Position numbers and translations under genes: made by a program | Notes under the pieces: generated by a model | Told to the model about the DNA's origin: nothing | The model's input: only the letters and a program-made list of their open reading frames with translations | The model's database searches: none | Source of the DNA: Balanoglossus misakiensis | Taxonomy: Eukaryota; Animalia; Hemichordata | Reading direction: 5' to 3' | Length of the DNA stretch: 64,000 bases | Assembly: GCA_040954595.2 (NCBI GenBank) | Contig: CM082594.2 | Coordinates: forward strand, 7,571,573-7,635,572 | Part shown: positions 10,801 through 25,057 of the stretch, piece by piece | Position numbering within the stretch: position 1 is the stretch's first letter | Layout: each line of letters starts with the position of its first letter

Positions 10801-13800
10801 TAGAATCAACGGCCAATGTTCTTGTGACAGTACTAGATGTCAACGATGAAGAGCCAAGATTCAATGAGCCATTTTACAACATCCATGTTTTCGAAGAAAC
10901 GCAGTACAACTCAGCAATAATCACAGTGACCGCTACAGACCGTGATAAAGGAGAAAACGGAACTGTCTCATTCGCCATCGATGGACCCCCAATGTTCACT
11001 ATCCTGGACAACGGAGCTGTCCTTCTCAACGCGACGCTTGATAGGGAGAAGACTGCATCCTACGAAATCACTATTTCTGCATCTGACAACGGCATAGTCC
11101 CACTCTCGTCGTCCGTCCTGCTTCGAATCGTTGTGGACGACGTGAACGACGAAAGTCCCTCGTTCTCTACGTCAGAGTACACTTCAACGATGCTTGTACG
11201 GAACTCGGTTGTTCCCAGTGGGACACTGGTGACCGTTCTCGCTGCCAGCGACGACGACCAAGGCGAAAATGCAAACATAACATACGCTGTTGAGACACCT
11301 GGATACGAAGCTTTCGCTATTTCCACAGATGGAGTTATGAGACTTCGCAGCGACTTCGCACCTGCGATGAACACCATCTCGTTTAACGTTTCAGCTACGG
11401 ACGGTGGAACGCCACCTAATCGGGACTTTGCGATTGTTTCAATAACTATTGAAGAACAGTCAACTCTGTACACGTTTGAAAAGTCACGGTATGAATTCAG
11501 TGTTCGAGAAAATATGCCAAATGTCTTCGTCGGGAGTGTCGAAGTCGACGCCGAGAACGTCCATTATGAGCTCCTATTCGCAGTGGACAAAATTACCATA
11601 AACAGCTCAACGGTAAGCACAGAACAGGTGGTAGTTAATAGCTGAGAACAGGTGGTAGTTTAGCTGAGAAATATGAAACTATTGTTGTTGAGCTATTGTT
11701 ATTGCATCATTTATGTTGTTATAATATTGAAATCGTTGTTGCTCCGATGAATTTTATATACTCTTCCACCAGGGCGATATTTTCACAACTGGGTCAATTG
11801 ACCGAGAATCAACTACACAGTTGCTGTTCAATGTCCTGGCTGTAATCTCTGGTGATTCGGAAGGATACGCGTTTGTCCCGGTAAGTCCTGGCAACTTTCC
11901 ATGGTAACTCTGGCTTAATGTGCAATGTTGTTAATTGTGACTAAGCTTGTATTCTATAAAGGAGATTATGACCGTCACTCGTTTATTTCAGGCGAGCGTT
12001 GACATTGAGGATGAAAACGATGAAATCCCCACAATAATCAGGCCGCCATACCCAATATACATTGTTGAAGAAGGTCTGCGAGAGAACACTCTGAACAGAT
12101 CATTATTGGAGCTACAAGCAGTAGACATGGATTATGGTTCAAATGCTGAGATTGACATGACAATCATTAGTGGTGATGAAGGTATATAACTCTACGTTTT
12201 AGTGTTAATTTGAACTGTTATATATTTTGCCGAGGTTCTTATCATTCGGTATCCCCATTAAGTGTTTTTGGATAGGCGCTATGAAATGAGATACGACGTC
12301 ATGAAAACCCCTTTCTTATGTTTTTTTTTCTTTTCATTTAGATGATATATTCTCTATCGAGAAGTCATTTGGGATATGGACACTTGTGAACAGAAATATG
12401 GCCGACAGAGAACACAGAGACATATACCGCTTGGAAGTCATGGTAACTTAGTTTCGTGACTTGGCAATCAATTTTCCACTGAAACTGAATCATTTTAGTA
12501 AACTCTGACTAACCTTTTTTTCAATTCACAGGCTCAAGATAATGGAGATGTCCCTCTGAATTCCACAATAATTGTCTCCGTCGAAATAACAGACGTCAAT
12601 GACAACAAACCGATCATACAGACGGATGCAACGTTTCTGAACATCACGGAAACTACTCCTATAGGAACTGTGGTATACTTTAACATTTATATTACTATTT
12701 AATCAAAATGCACAAAAGATACACACATGTTGTTGTTTGCCTTACATTTTAAGCTAATATGCATTTCTTGTTTAATGTCCAATCTTTGAAATCGTCTCAC
12801 TTGTTTATTAGGTTTGTGACGTAAGAGGCAGTGACCAAGATGATGGCGAGAATGGTGCAATGCTCTTTCGCTTGCAAGATGACTCTGATGGAACGTTCTC
12901 CATCAATGGTCAGTAAATCAGATCTTTCTTCGCGGCTTAGATATTACAGAGCGGATTTCGACAGTAGTATACGTATTACACGTTGAGTCTGGAAATAACT
13001 TTACACCATATATGACTGTAATGTTCACTCTTTCTCAGGAACATCGGGTGCAGTACGAACTAACACAATCATGGATCGCGAACGGCGGGAAACCCACAGC
13101 ATCACTGTAGAGGCGGTGGATAGAGGTTCTCCAAGAATGACGTCGTCGCCTTTAGCCATAACCATCCGAGTGGAAGACTACAACGACAACGCACCGCAGT
13201 TCCAAGGTCTTCCCTACAAAGTTGAATTGAAGAAGGACTCTGAAAACGGAACCTCCGTGTTCAACGTGTCCGCCACTGACCTGGATGCGGGTCTCAACGC
13301 CCTTTTCACATATGATATAATTGGTAGGCGAAATCTCTTTGCAAAAATTTTTTTCCCCTCGCGCTCTATGTTCACTTTAGCTCTCAATAAATCAAATCGC
13401 TTTTGTGAGAATATGGAAGGAAGGTATAAAGGCGTTGATCGCTGTATTTGTTGTTCTTTGAAAAGAACGCTTCAACAACAGAGATGCTTTTGAAATGTAG
13501 GTTGACCAACTTAACAATACACATTTTTAAAAAAAAATCTTTCCGGGTTTGGTATCTGTAATAGTTTTAGCTACACATGTGATATTTGTGCAACTGCCAA
13601 TATCACGACTTATTTTTTGCATTCAAAACTGCATTGATCTGATGATACATGAGGGTACAAACTTACATGCTTGTGATCTTTACAATATGGTGCCAATAAA
13701 CATTTTGTTTCGGCAGACGAAGGTGGCTGCTCACCTGGACTTTTCAAGATAAACTCCACAACCGGCGAGATAACAACTACTTTAGATGATCTTTACGACG

Positions 13801-16800
13801 AACAATCTGACTCATGCCAGGTTACTATCAGGTGCATGGACCAAGGAGTTGCCCCACTTACTTCTCAGACGACGGTAAGAGAACAACAAAAATCGAGGCT
13901 TCAACCATTTGATCTGGGTGTGTACTTTCACACCAACGCGTGAAGCGCAAAACAAAACACGCGATGTATATGACCCAGTTACAGGTCTACTTAGACAAGA
14001 TTTGCCGATATTTCTGTCATGCTCCACAGCATTCTTTAAAATTAATCGCTCGAAAAAATCTAAGTAAGGTTTTATTAGTCAATAAGTTGAATAATACCTA
14101 GCATTGTTGGTGGAAACTTTTATATAAGCCTGGGCACGTTGGCTTATATAGTATGGATTGACTTTAAATGGTGAATGTCGATTTTTATCATGGTTTGGTG
14201 GTAAAACATGATATCAAAGGAAGACAATGGTTTCTACTTTTAGGTCGTTGTCGACATTATTCAGGTGAACCACCCTCCAACATTTGGCAGAGACGGTTAC
14301 CAAGCTCTTGTACATGAAAACACAAGACAAGGTACTGGTCTTCACATCAGCCCCAGCGCAATCAGCGCCACCGACGACGACGAAGGGGAGAATGGGATCG
14401 TTAGGTATGAATTTCATTCAGAACACGGGACAGGTGAGTCGACTATGGTGCTCTCTTAATTGGAAGTGATCGTCTTGTTCGCAGATGTTGGTACAAGTCC
14501 CATGGAACATACTAATAGTTGTCATAGAGTCAAAAGGATTCAATGTACATCATTTCAACGCGATGTGGAGTTCAGGCGCCCGACTCTCTTCAAAGTCTGG
14601 TCACATTCCTGGGAGTAAAACGACGTGGTCAAAAGTGCACGTCTCAGATCTCATGAGCATCTTGTAGGGAATGAATCAACAGCATACAGTTTAGTGAGCG
14701 CCAAACGGCAGCAACACTATAATATTTTTACCATTTCTACCTTCTACCGCAGACTTATTTCGCATAAATCCGAACACGGGCGAAATATTCGTTGACGGCG
14801 AATTAGACAGGGAAAGCGTGCAGTCAGTGACCGTGATAATCGTTGCTCGCGATAACAACGAGAAAAACCGCCAGTCGGCAACTGCCTTGCTCGCCATTAC
14901 CATAGCTGACGTGAACGACAATGGTCCCGTACTGCAGAACACCTTGCAGAAATTTGAGGTTCCTCAGGTAAAATGATAATAACTTTTTATTAGTTATTCT
15001 CTGCCATTAGTTTTGTAGACTGATTGACAACCGCTGTTCACTCTTCGTATCCGTAATGTCTACGTGGGATGAGAAGAGATCCACGTTCTATAGTATACTA
15101 TAAATAGTCACGCTATTGTTTGTTGCAAATTACTGCATGTAAAGCCTTTGTGTTGGTTCCACAGGCTTCACCACCTGGCCACTTCGTTGCAACCATAACA
15201 GCATACGACGCTGACGATGACGACTTCGCTCGAAGTCGCTATTCCTTCGTCCGGAAAGCCTTTCTTGGGGAAAATGAAACACTTTATCCGTCGCAGTACT
15301 TCAACATTGACGAATTAACAGGCGTAGTTACCACCGCCGCAGGATTGTATAATTTAAACCTAACGTCAACAATTGAGATACAGGTGTGGTGTATACAATA
15401 TTCAAATTATTGTCCATCTCAAAATAATGTTTACTCGATTTACAGAAATGATATTTTCGTTCAAATGATGAAAGACTCTCGCAGCGTGTTAGTCCTATGT
15501 CTATCAATTTCGTCCTAATTTTGACTCTTTTCTACAGCTCTTTATAAAGGCAGAAAATCTTGAACCTTTGTACCCTGGATCGCGTGCAAGCAGTCAGACC
15601 TTTACTTCGCTGTTGGTCATTTTCAAGTACTCGTACACACCGACCTGTGACCAAGGTTAGCCATGTTCCTTTGACAAAATCTCTCGCTTTATTACGATAA
15701 CCTGACCTACCTTGGAATTCACTGATCAATCGACCAATCAATTAATGTTATTTATTATGCAGGTGAATATTTTGTAAAAATATCTGAAGGAAACAGACAA
15801 GGTGTGGGGTTGAATGTCTCACTGAAAACTGTCAATGATACTGAAGTACGACCCAGTCTGCTGTATTCAATAACGGCAGGGAATACCAAGGCAGGTATAT
15901 TTGTCTATTAATTGAAGGTGGTGCACGATAGTTCACGGTAAAATAGAAGCAAAGCCTCATATACACGACAGATCTAACCATTATTAATAATAATAATGTT
16001 AAGTTTTTCCACATTTGTAATTATTTACTTAACTTTTATTATTTCAGAATTCATTTGCTATTGACGGAGAGACTGGTGATGTATTTGTTGCAAGGTTACT
16101 GTACTCTGGAATTTACAACTTGACTATCTCTGTTCGAACCGCCGATGAATCTCATGGAGAAGGGTAGGTCTTTTATGGAACACGTAAAATAATGTGAAAT
16201 TCTTGTCAAAATGAAAACCTCGATATTGTCGTTGTCTAATAAAGAACGTGTGTATATGTATTGATGGCGAGGATGTGCTGCTTGTGGTCCATCATCCAGC
16301 CTCTCCCATTTGATGTTAACTAAACTCGGTAGTGTTACTATTAACACATATGTCTACTTTTTCTTGTAAAGAGAATGTTTCCTTATCGTAAATGTTGTGC
16401 CCGAGCAACACAGAGAAGAGGAATACACCACTGAAAGTAAGCCACCAATATCTGTCAACTGGAATCAATCAATTAAAATCAATTATAAAACTTCAGGATG
16501 TTCGTACGTATATTCATTCCTTTTATGTCGTGAACTTCAATGTTGATCTATATCGTGCATTTCACGTCTTTTTTCTCACAACAGAACCCGGCCCTGAAGA
16601 GAACCCGCCGTTTTCGTCAATTGAAATCATAGTAATCAGCGTAGTAGCTGCCTTGGCAATAATATCACTGATTATTCTAATAGCATTTGCAAATTTATAT
16701 CATTTGCGGAGGTAAGAATTTGTGGTCTATTGTCCAAGTCCAATCTGAGTATCTTTTCCATCAATCACTTTGTGTAATGGAGCAAATTAAATCATTTCTC

Positions 16801-17322
16801 TTTCTTTTCAAAAGTTTTATGAAGTTTTGAAGGACTGCACTTTAGTAGATTAATTTTATCTTTCAGTCGAAATTATACGCGGAAACCAAAGAAACGAGTT
16901 CAACAGAAGGTACGTGCATTCTATGTTATGCATTGAAGCGGTACGTGACTTGAAAGTTCAACTAAATTTGTATAATCCACAGGAATTGAGTGATGTCCAT
17001 GCGCAATTTAATGTTTTACCAAGCTTTCTATCTTGCGCCCTTATCTCAGATCGATGGTTCGTCGCCTGGTCGGTTGAACTGGATCTTTAAAAGAACTTTA
17101 TCAAATCACTATGGAGACAGAAACTGGATGTTGTCGAGGCCACTGCCATTCGAACCAGACGCAAAAGACCCAAAACAACCGGGGACGAAAAAGTCATTCA
17201 GAGCGCACTCGCAGATGTGGAATCACGCACGCGCATCACGTTACCGGGACAACAGACTAAAATCGAAGACATACCAACACATGAATGGCGACATCAAAAC
17301 TTATTTCGCTCCTAAGGATTGA
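7898..17322 (+). CDS. Non-classical single-pass cadherin (~1718 aa): signal peptide, N-terminal EGF, about 14 cadherin repeats, TM, ~100-aa tail (FAT4/dachsous-like repeats, orthology unclear)
   Basis: Exons 7898-7961, 8329-8358, 8507-8614, 8766-9592, 9698-9796, 9986-10108, 10281-11612, 11773-11880, 11992-12181, 12342-12442, 12532-12672, 12812-12908, 13039-13323, 13717-13874, 14244-14433, 14753-14967, 15165-15383, 15538-15655, 15763-15890, 16048-16163, 16372-16436, 16585-16711, 16867-16909, 17050-17322 join in one frame (5157 nt). Repeated LDRE/FDYE, DxNDxxP and AxDxD calcium motifs; six-Cys EGF; TM IIVISVVAALAIISLIILIAFANLY. Confidence 0.92.
11621..11670 (+). repeat. Local ~24-bp tandem duplication (agaacaggtggtagtt..tagctg) in a cadherin intron
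   Basis: Two adjacent near-identical units. Confidence 0.8.
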
Positions 17323-18030
17323 AGTTCTGTCAGGATGTAAAGTCATGCAGGAGCCATGATGATATGGCCAATGGGGTAACTGAATGACGAAAATACACTT
17401 TTTGAGAGTATAGATCTTTAATTGTCAGATAAAAATAACAAACATACAGCGAAATACTTCGGAGGAATTCGATTGATTATTGATGTTCTTGAATCACAGC
17501 TAAAATTCACGTAATATGAATCGATCTTTTCTTAATAAGTATCATGACAAAAGTAATTACAACACATTTATTGAATAATTTCCATTTTAATATTGTCTCA
17601 ATAATAACAAAGACTCTGTCAGACAGTTGAAACCATACATTTTGAATGTAAAATATTATAAAGAAGCGAGTCACTTTAAAAGTTATCACTTGAGCATGAT
17701 ATGCCTTAACAATTAAGTTTAGTTACTTACTGTCTATTTACAATATGAATAAAATACTGTTCATCTCATACTGTTTTAAGTTTACCCCATGTCATTGTGA
17801 GGACATGTAAAATGTTTGGAATATAGTTATACATTTCAGATACAATTTATGCACTTCATAGTTATTGAGAATTTTGCTTTTGATGGCCATACAGTCTTCT
17901 AAAATGCAATAACTCAATTTCCGGTATTATCAAAGTAACAGATCCAAAAGCCCTCAAAAGGAAACTTAACAGTCGAAACAATTACTCTGTTTCTTGCTGA
18001 CTGCAAAATTGAAAGCTTTTTCCATTCAAG

Positions 18031-18121
18031 TTAACCCTTTCACCCCCAGTTCCCTTATAGAGGTCCAGCTCTACCGTAGAAAACAATTGATTTGGACTGA
18101 ACCATGATGGTAAAGGGTTAG
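18031..18121 (-). mobile_element. ~90-bp MITE, piggyBac-type ends, copy 1
   Basis: ttaa-CCCTTTCACC...GGTAAAGGG-ttag terminal inverted repeats with TTAA-like flanks. Reverse-complement similar to copies at 19996 and 35411. Confidence 0.7.
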
Positions 18122-18339
18122 GGCAGTTTGTAGCATTGAAATTTTTTGGATATTCATAAATAAGGCAAGGCTGAATTCTTTCAAATGTCTACAGAAGAGG
18201 CTTTGATAAATATGAATTAAAATATAAAGCCTTGCAAATTGAATATGACGTGATTTGGGCAAAAAAATATTTCTTTCAGGGAGGAAACCCTTATTGGTGC
18301 AAATTTGAGTCCAAGCACTCGTTTTTTAGAATGCTTTCC

Positions 18340-21300
18340 TTATTTTTCGCACGTCATCACCTTGCGTAAACTCGACAGTGACTTCACCTCGTCTGTGACG
18401 TAAGGCTTGGTTTTAACTTGACCCTGGCCTTTGTCAGACCAAGCTTCTGACACCGTTTTGGCAGACGAGCCTTTGCTGTCGCAGGAGACCGATGCTCTCC
18501 GGAATTTTTTGTTGAACGCTGTTTTGACCTTTCAAAATAAATCAAAGTTAAAAAAACATTACATATGAAAAACCATGACCATCAAATATATTTATTCAGG
18601 TACGTTCTGTTAAGTATACTGTTGGTTTTTTGCTTTGTTTTTAGTCTTTCATTACTTTCAATAAATTTTATGTTCATTATACTAGTGATACACCTTACCT
18701 CGTCGTTCAAGTAGCAATGAAATATGAAAACGAAGAAGCCTTGTAAGGAGTTGGTAATTGTAAATATGTATTGGAAAAACAGAGTCTCCTCATTCACAGC
18801 AAGAATCCCAAACACCCAGGTCAATCCAAGGAGTGGAACCAAGACGAGACCAGCTCTTATACCAGCCCTAGAAAAGAGGAGGCATAGATAAAAATGAAGA
18901 ACACAGATTGACAGCGTTATCGCGATCTTTGCCTGTCGTCTTCATTATCGTCACTTAGTAGTTTCAAACCAATTCCCAGGCGATACTATTTTATGTCGAT
19001 GGCCACAAGCTCTAAACACTCACTTCATCTTCTCTACATCGCTCTTCTTTGCGTTGATGCGAACTTTCAAGAATGCTTTCATGACGACGGCTATGATGCA
19101 GAAATTCAGCTGAAAAAAAAGAACAGAAGTGCACAAGGTAAACAGCGTGATGATGTCTTGAATTTCAAGATCTCCTTGTATACTTGTGTCACATGCTGGT
19201 TACTGCTCTCGCGAATAATTCTGTTTGTTCTCCTGTTTATTGTTTACGTCTCCATTTGTTGCTATGGCGATTGCCACAGAATGATATCATACCATGCTGT
19301 CAAATAAACATACTCTCTTACCACAACGACAGCCATCGCTGGGATTATAAATGCAGCAGGCAAGCCATCCTTAAGAGTCAACCAACAACTAAAAAGACAT
19401 AAAGATTATATCTCTGGAACGTTATATGATAAAGTTCAATATGTATGATCAGTTCAATAATGAATCACGATCAAATAAAAACATGCCCATCTCATCACAG
19501 TTACATCATGAAATTCGTAAATGCAATGGTATTTTGTCATGATCGAGATATCTTCCTATGGTAATGAGTACACATATTCTATACTGATATGTCTAACATA
19601 TTTTTGAGTACGTACTAATCATCGTTTCCATAATACTGCCACTTCAGACCTGCTGACATGCCAACGATGATTATGGGAACACCCCAACCAAGAATCATGA
19701 ACTGGACGACTTTGGCCGAATGGTTGAAGACATTCTTTATCTTGATGTACAACTGGATTCCTTGGACCATCATCCAGAAAAATGCCGCCAAGTAGAGGTA
19801 GTGCAGAAGGATGGCAACAAAGCGACACACTTTCTGTAAAATATAAATTGGAAAAGTTCCTGGTATGATTTCTGCCCAAACAACCAGTGGCAAAATATGT
19901 CCCTGAAAGATTTCTGATGTTGATGAATGTGTGACGTGATCCTGAACACTATGTGCACCTGCCAATAAACCAACATGGGAACAGTGCTGTAAGATTTGAC
20001 CCTAGCTTTCACCACCATGGTTCAGTCCAATCCCATTGTTTTCTATGGCAAGGTTGGACCTCTAAACAGGGAACTGGGGGTGAAAGGGATAAACTGTTAT
20101 ATACTCACCCGATTCTCTGTAGCAGTGATGCCAGTGATGAAAGTGAACTGCGCCATCATCAATGCAATAACCATATTCTGTAGTATGGTAATGCGCTCCG
20201 AGTTCAAACTTTCAAAAAGGGAAGAAACAAAGATACATCAGGATTTTCTAACACACTCATGTTCCCATGGGCATCTGGTGGGTAATACTTCATTCATGTT
20301 TGAAGCACTCACTATATATCAGCGTAGTTAAAAATTTGATAATAAAATGCCGCTGGCCCTGACACATGTACGGTACTGGTGTACCTATAGTGTGTATGAA
20401 AAACTCCATTACATTGAATTCTAGTTGTCACTCTCTACTGCTATAAGCCATTGATTTATCTTAACAATCAATCAAATACCACAGCTTACCGGAAATATGC
20501 CAATATGACAAAAGTAGCAAACAAGGAAACCAGAGATATACCACATCCAATGAAGGTGATTATTCCAAGAGCTTTCTTGTGGGCTTCAGGTATCTGTGGT
20601 TAAAGGATATATTTATCATGAAAGAAAATGAAGTCAGTACTTGGAAATTGTTCTTTTTTCTATGAATAATAAGCAAAACATGGCATATATACTTACATCA
20701 AAATCCACAATCTGCATAAGAACAGCAAAGCTGGTCAGGTGGTTACAACTACAAACAGTTTTTTCGAAAGAAGTTTCGATGACCTCGCACCCTTCACTTG
20801 ACCACACACTGTAAATGTATAACAAAATCCATCTATTAGTTACTTACTCAATTTTCTTTCAAAGCCAGTTTTCTCTGCACAGACTCTGCGGAAACCCTCA
20901 TAAATTGTATTTTTTTCATGAAGTCGAGCATCTGAGCTTACCTTTCACTATTTTCTCCCATGTCGAGGAATGCGCAAATTGAGTTATTTCCAGCCTGGAA
21001 GGAAAAACTTAACAGTGTTATAAACGGGCTGTGGGTCTTCACTGCAGCCATTAAACCAGCAGGTAGCTGATAATAGGGCTGCCGTCTAGCTGTCACTCAA
21101 CACATTCTCAGGACGTTGTCCCATAAGCACCATTCGAAGACAAAAATCAACAACATCAGACAAAATTCTGAGCTGTCATCTGCTGCTAGCTTAAACTTTG
21201 GAAATGGTTAAAAATGAAGTTGGCCACCTACCGTGTCATGCTTGAAAGAAATCTCTATGTTTTCTTGGAAAGGAGAGCTGGGCGCAGGGTGAATTTCAAG

Positions 21301-24300
21301 AGACAACAGACCTGTTCCTACTGTCCGATTCCTGTTATATGCATATTGGAAAGTCAAAGTTTTTTTTCCAAAGTGTTTGGCACATTAGATTAAATACACA
21401 CTTAATGTCACATTAGATTTAAAACAATTCATGAAAAATAGACTGACAATATTTACTTCATATTTACCTGTACTTTGATTTGGACAAATTGCTGATAGAC
21501 TTGTATATGGCATGTTCAATTCCAATTCTGTCATGTGATCCTGCAAAATAAAAGAGTGGTGATATAAATCTTGCTGCTTTTAACATCCCCAACGAAGAAT
21601 GAACCAGTTAAACCACGGAATGGATCACCGACCCAGCATAATGTTGCCAGTTTGCTGTGATTACTCAGTCACGACACGACAGACATGATCTCGTTCACTC
21701 ACTAACTCAGAGATCACACATACACACGCATGCGTAATCATGCACATGACAGGAAAGCTTGCGACAGGAAATTGGCCATTTTTTTTCAATTCTGTTCAGA
21801 AATTGACAGAAATTGAAATTGGTTAAGATGTCAGACGACAGAGTAGCTAAGTCTATGCAAATGGTTGCGGACAAACAGACATTTGGAACACAATTCAGTA
21901 ATTATTAGAAACTTGCATGTCCCACAGCTGAACATGTGACATTTAACAGTATAATTCAATTTCTATAACATTTTAACTTTATTAGACATAAAAAAATATA
22001 TCCTACAGGTTACTGACGTCAAAACTATAAAAAAATGAAATAAAAAATTCTGAATTTACCAATATATCCTGAATATATGCTGCTTGGAAGGGTTACTTGA
22101 GTATCACCGCTCAAATCTGTTACAGGAGCCACTGTTGGAGACGAGGCTGGATCAAGTACTCTGTATTCCATGGCTATGTGACAAAATAAGCACATAATAT
22201 ACAAAATGTACAATAAAACCCTATAGAATAAATGTGTGCTCACTGGAGTAATACAATTTCATCGCGAGGTTTCTTGGAAATATCAAAGCAAATAGGACAC
22301 CATAAAACCACAGTCCCTCCATAGAGGCCATGGTAAAACTTACCCCAAGCGATTTTAGGACAGAAATTATCATCCAATAAAAAATTATGCTTCCATAGTT
22401 ATTGTTTTTCTGATTAAAAATCGAACTTTTCCTGTGTTTTGAAATTGTCACACACAACAATTCACGGAAAATCCTTGTATTGCTTTAAATTAATGTAATG
22501 GTACATCGTACTTGAAACACCCAGAATCTCAGGAAGGAAATTGCAGTACAAATTCACCTTATAAATCATTGAGATGTGTCTGAAATAAAAATCATACAGT
22601 TCTATGGGTTCGGCCCAACGATTTTAGATTGGTTTGTCAATTATTGCTGCTCGACATAAGTATCAATAGCAATCATTTTTTTTTCTGTTGAATTGAGCAA
22701 CATGTAACCCTGGTATCCACTTACTGAGAAAGTTTTCATGTCGAGCGATTGTCTCTATGTCGTTGTTCAGCATGTAGCCAATGATATCGTCGGAAAAAGT
22801 GTCCATCGCCTTGGTAACCTCAATGGGGTCCTTGTCGTCGACGAACTGGTGGAAAATCGGAAATGATACAATTACCACTAGGAAAACTTTCCCCCAGAAC
22901 AGTCAATAGTAATTGAAGCCATGCTGCTGAAATATGTACAGGAGAAATGAATTGCCCGATTATTTATTTCTGACATTAAAAGACAAGCCTTTGAAGTTTT
23001 GAAACGTAAATTGAAGTCGGATATCTGGGAGTATTTGACACAGTTAATTCACAGAATTGATTACTAGTATGAAACTCGTACCTGATTCAGAAGGCTCCAC
23101 TGTTCTTTATAGTCGACATTTAACATGTTGTTAGCTGTCTTAACAGAATTCTGCAAGAAATATTTATGAAAAGCAAATGTAAGGTTAGCTCATTGACAAG
23201 ATTGGTTGAATGTCAAATGCATGTTAAAATGTAACAAGCTCAGCATATTATCAATTTATTAAAAAGGAAAATGATTGATTCATAGCAACTTTTATGATAC
23301 TGTGTGAAGCATATTATCACCAGCACTGCATACCTCAATGAATGTATTACGTCCTGAAATTGTCAACGCGTCATCATTAAGTGGATTATGTACAAGCATG
23401 TCATTCAATAACTCCATCGCCACTTCCACATCTTTGGGATAGGACAGCCCGGACTCAGTAACCTCCTGTAACCTTGACAACGTCTGATGCAACACGATCG
23501 GGTTCCTGTCGCTCTCTGTGTACTGTGAGACAAAATCACATTTATCAACTTTAATAACGTATATGGAATTAAAATTCACATAACACTAAAATCCCATTCC
23601 ACTTAAATGAGAAATTACTGCAAATTATTTTAGATAAATTTGTTATTCTAATTTTAAAATAATTCCCATAGCAAGCAGGCAAGTAGTTTCTTTGACAGTA
23701 ACTCCAACCAGTTTGTTGATAATGAGAAAATTATATATTATTTATACAGTATTTCTTCCCTTTAACAAAATTTAATCCATTATAATTCTCCAGATACACT
23801 ATGACTATGAACTGATAAAGAGCAGATACGTTTGTTATATCTAGTTTAATACTCATTACTTGATTAATTTATTTTCTATATAGTTACATGTTTGAATTGG
23901 GTTGATCAATTTTTCATTTGTTTACACAGCAGACATATGTCTCTCCCCCTTTACATTCCACGAATGAAATTCAGGGTTGACATTACATTCTGGTGCTTTA
24001 TCAACTGCCCTGAAAAATACCAAAAGTGTTGAGGTGAGTACCTCTGTGAACAGGTTTGCTAGTTCTTCGTTCCAACAGTTTAAGAAATAACTTTGATCCA
24101 GAATCTCTGAACATTTTTCTGCAGACCAACCTGAAAGAAAGAATCCATTGATAGGCCACAATCAGAGGTCAATAGTGTGTTTGTGTCTTCCCACCAGTAA
24201 TATAGACCAATCTATGTTTGAAAGTCATGAAAAGAACTGTGCAACTTTATGATCAGTCTTTAAAATGGGGATGTTTTTTTCCTAACAGTGTACACTAAAC

Positions 24301-25010
24301 CTGGCAAATACTAAGTTAAAAAGCAAAGTATTAGCGAACAAACTGTCAATAAGATTTGCTACATACTTTTTGGTGAAGTTGTTGTTTTGGGGTTAGTGGT
24401 CCATATCAGCAGAGTGTTAGCTGTTGTATCGGGTTGAGTTGTCTGCTCGGTGGTTTGCTGCCTGGCAGTGTACTGTTGTGTGATCACTGGACTCGTCGTT
24501 GTTGGGCCAGTGGTTGTGACTGCGGTTTCGCACAACAATCCAGTGTAGCCGATGGGGCAGGTACATGTGAATCCACCGATCAAATTGCTACAAATCCCTC
24601 CGTTCAAGCACGGTGATGACCTACACTCGTCCTTCCCTGTAATTATACATTTTGAAATCGCATTATTTTAAAACTAGAATTAGGGGTTTATGTTGGTTGT
24701 GTGCATCTGCATAGTTTTTGGAGTACTCACCCTGTTCACATATGTACGCCTTGTCTTTATCACAGCCATCTGTCCTCCATGTATTGTCCTGAGAATACAT
24801 CGCACACTCGCCCATGACAGGATGCCCAGAGTCCCATGCAATTGTGTAATCTAGCTGGGCCATAGGCTCTCCCGATGACCAAGTGTCGTTGGCAATGTTA
24901 TAACCAATCCAGTATGGTCCTGTGTTATATATAGCTCTGGGTAAAGACAATGATATAGCAACAAGTGATGATATCAGCAGCAGCAGCAGCAGCAACAACA
25001 ACAACAACAA

Positions 25011-25057
<47 letters not shown>

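Noticed and set aside
10254-11473. Minus-strand ORFs of 67-153 aa
   Set aside because: Antisense shadows of the large cadherin exon.
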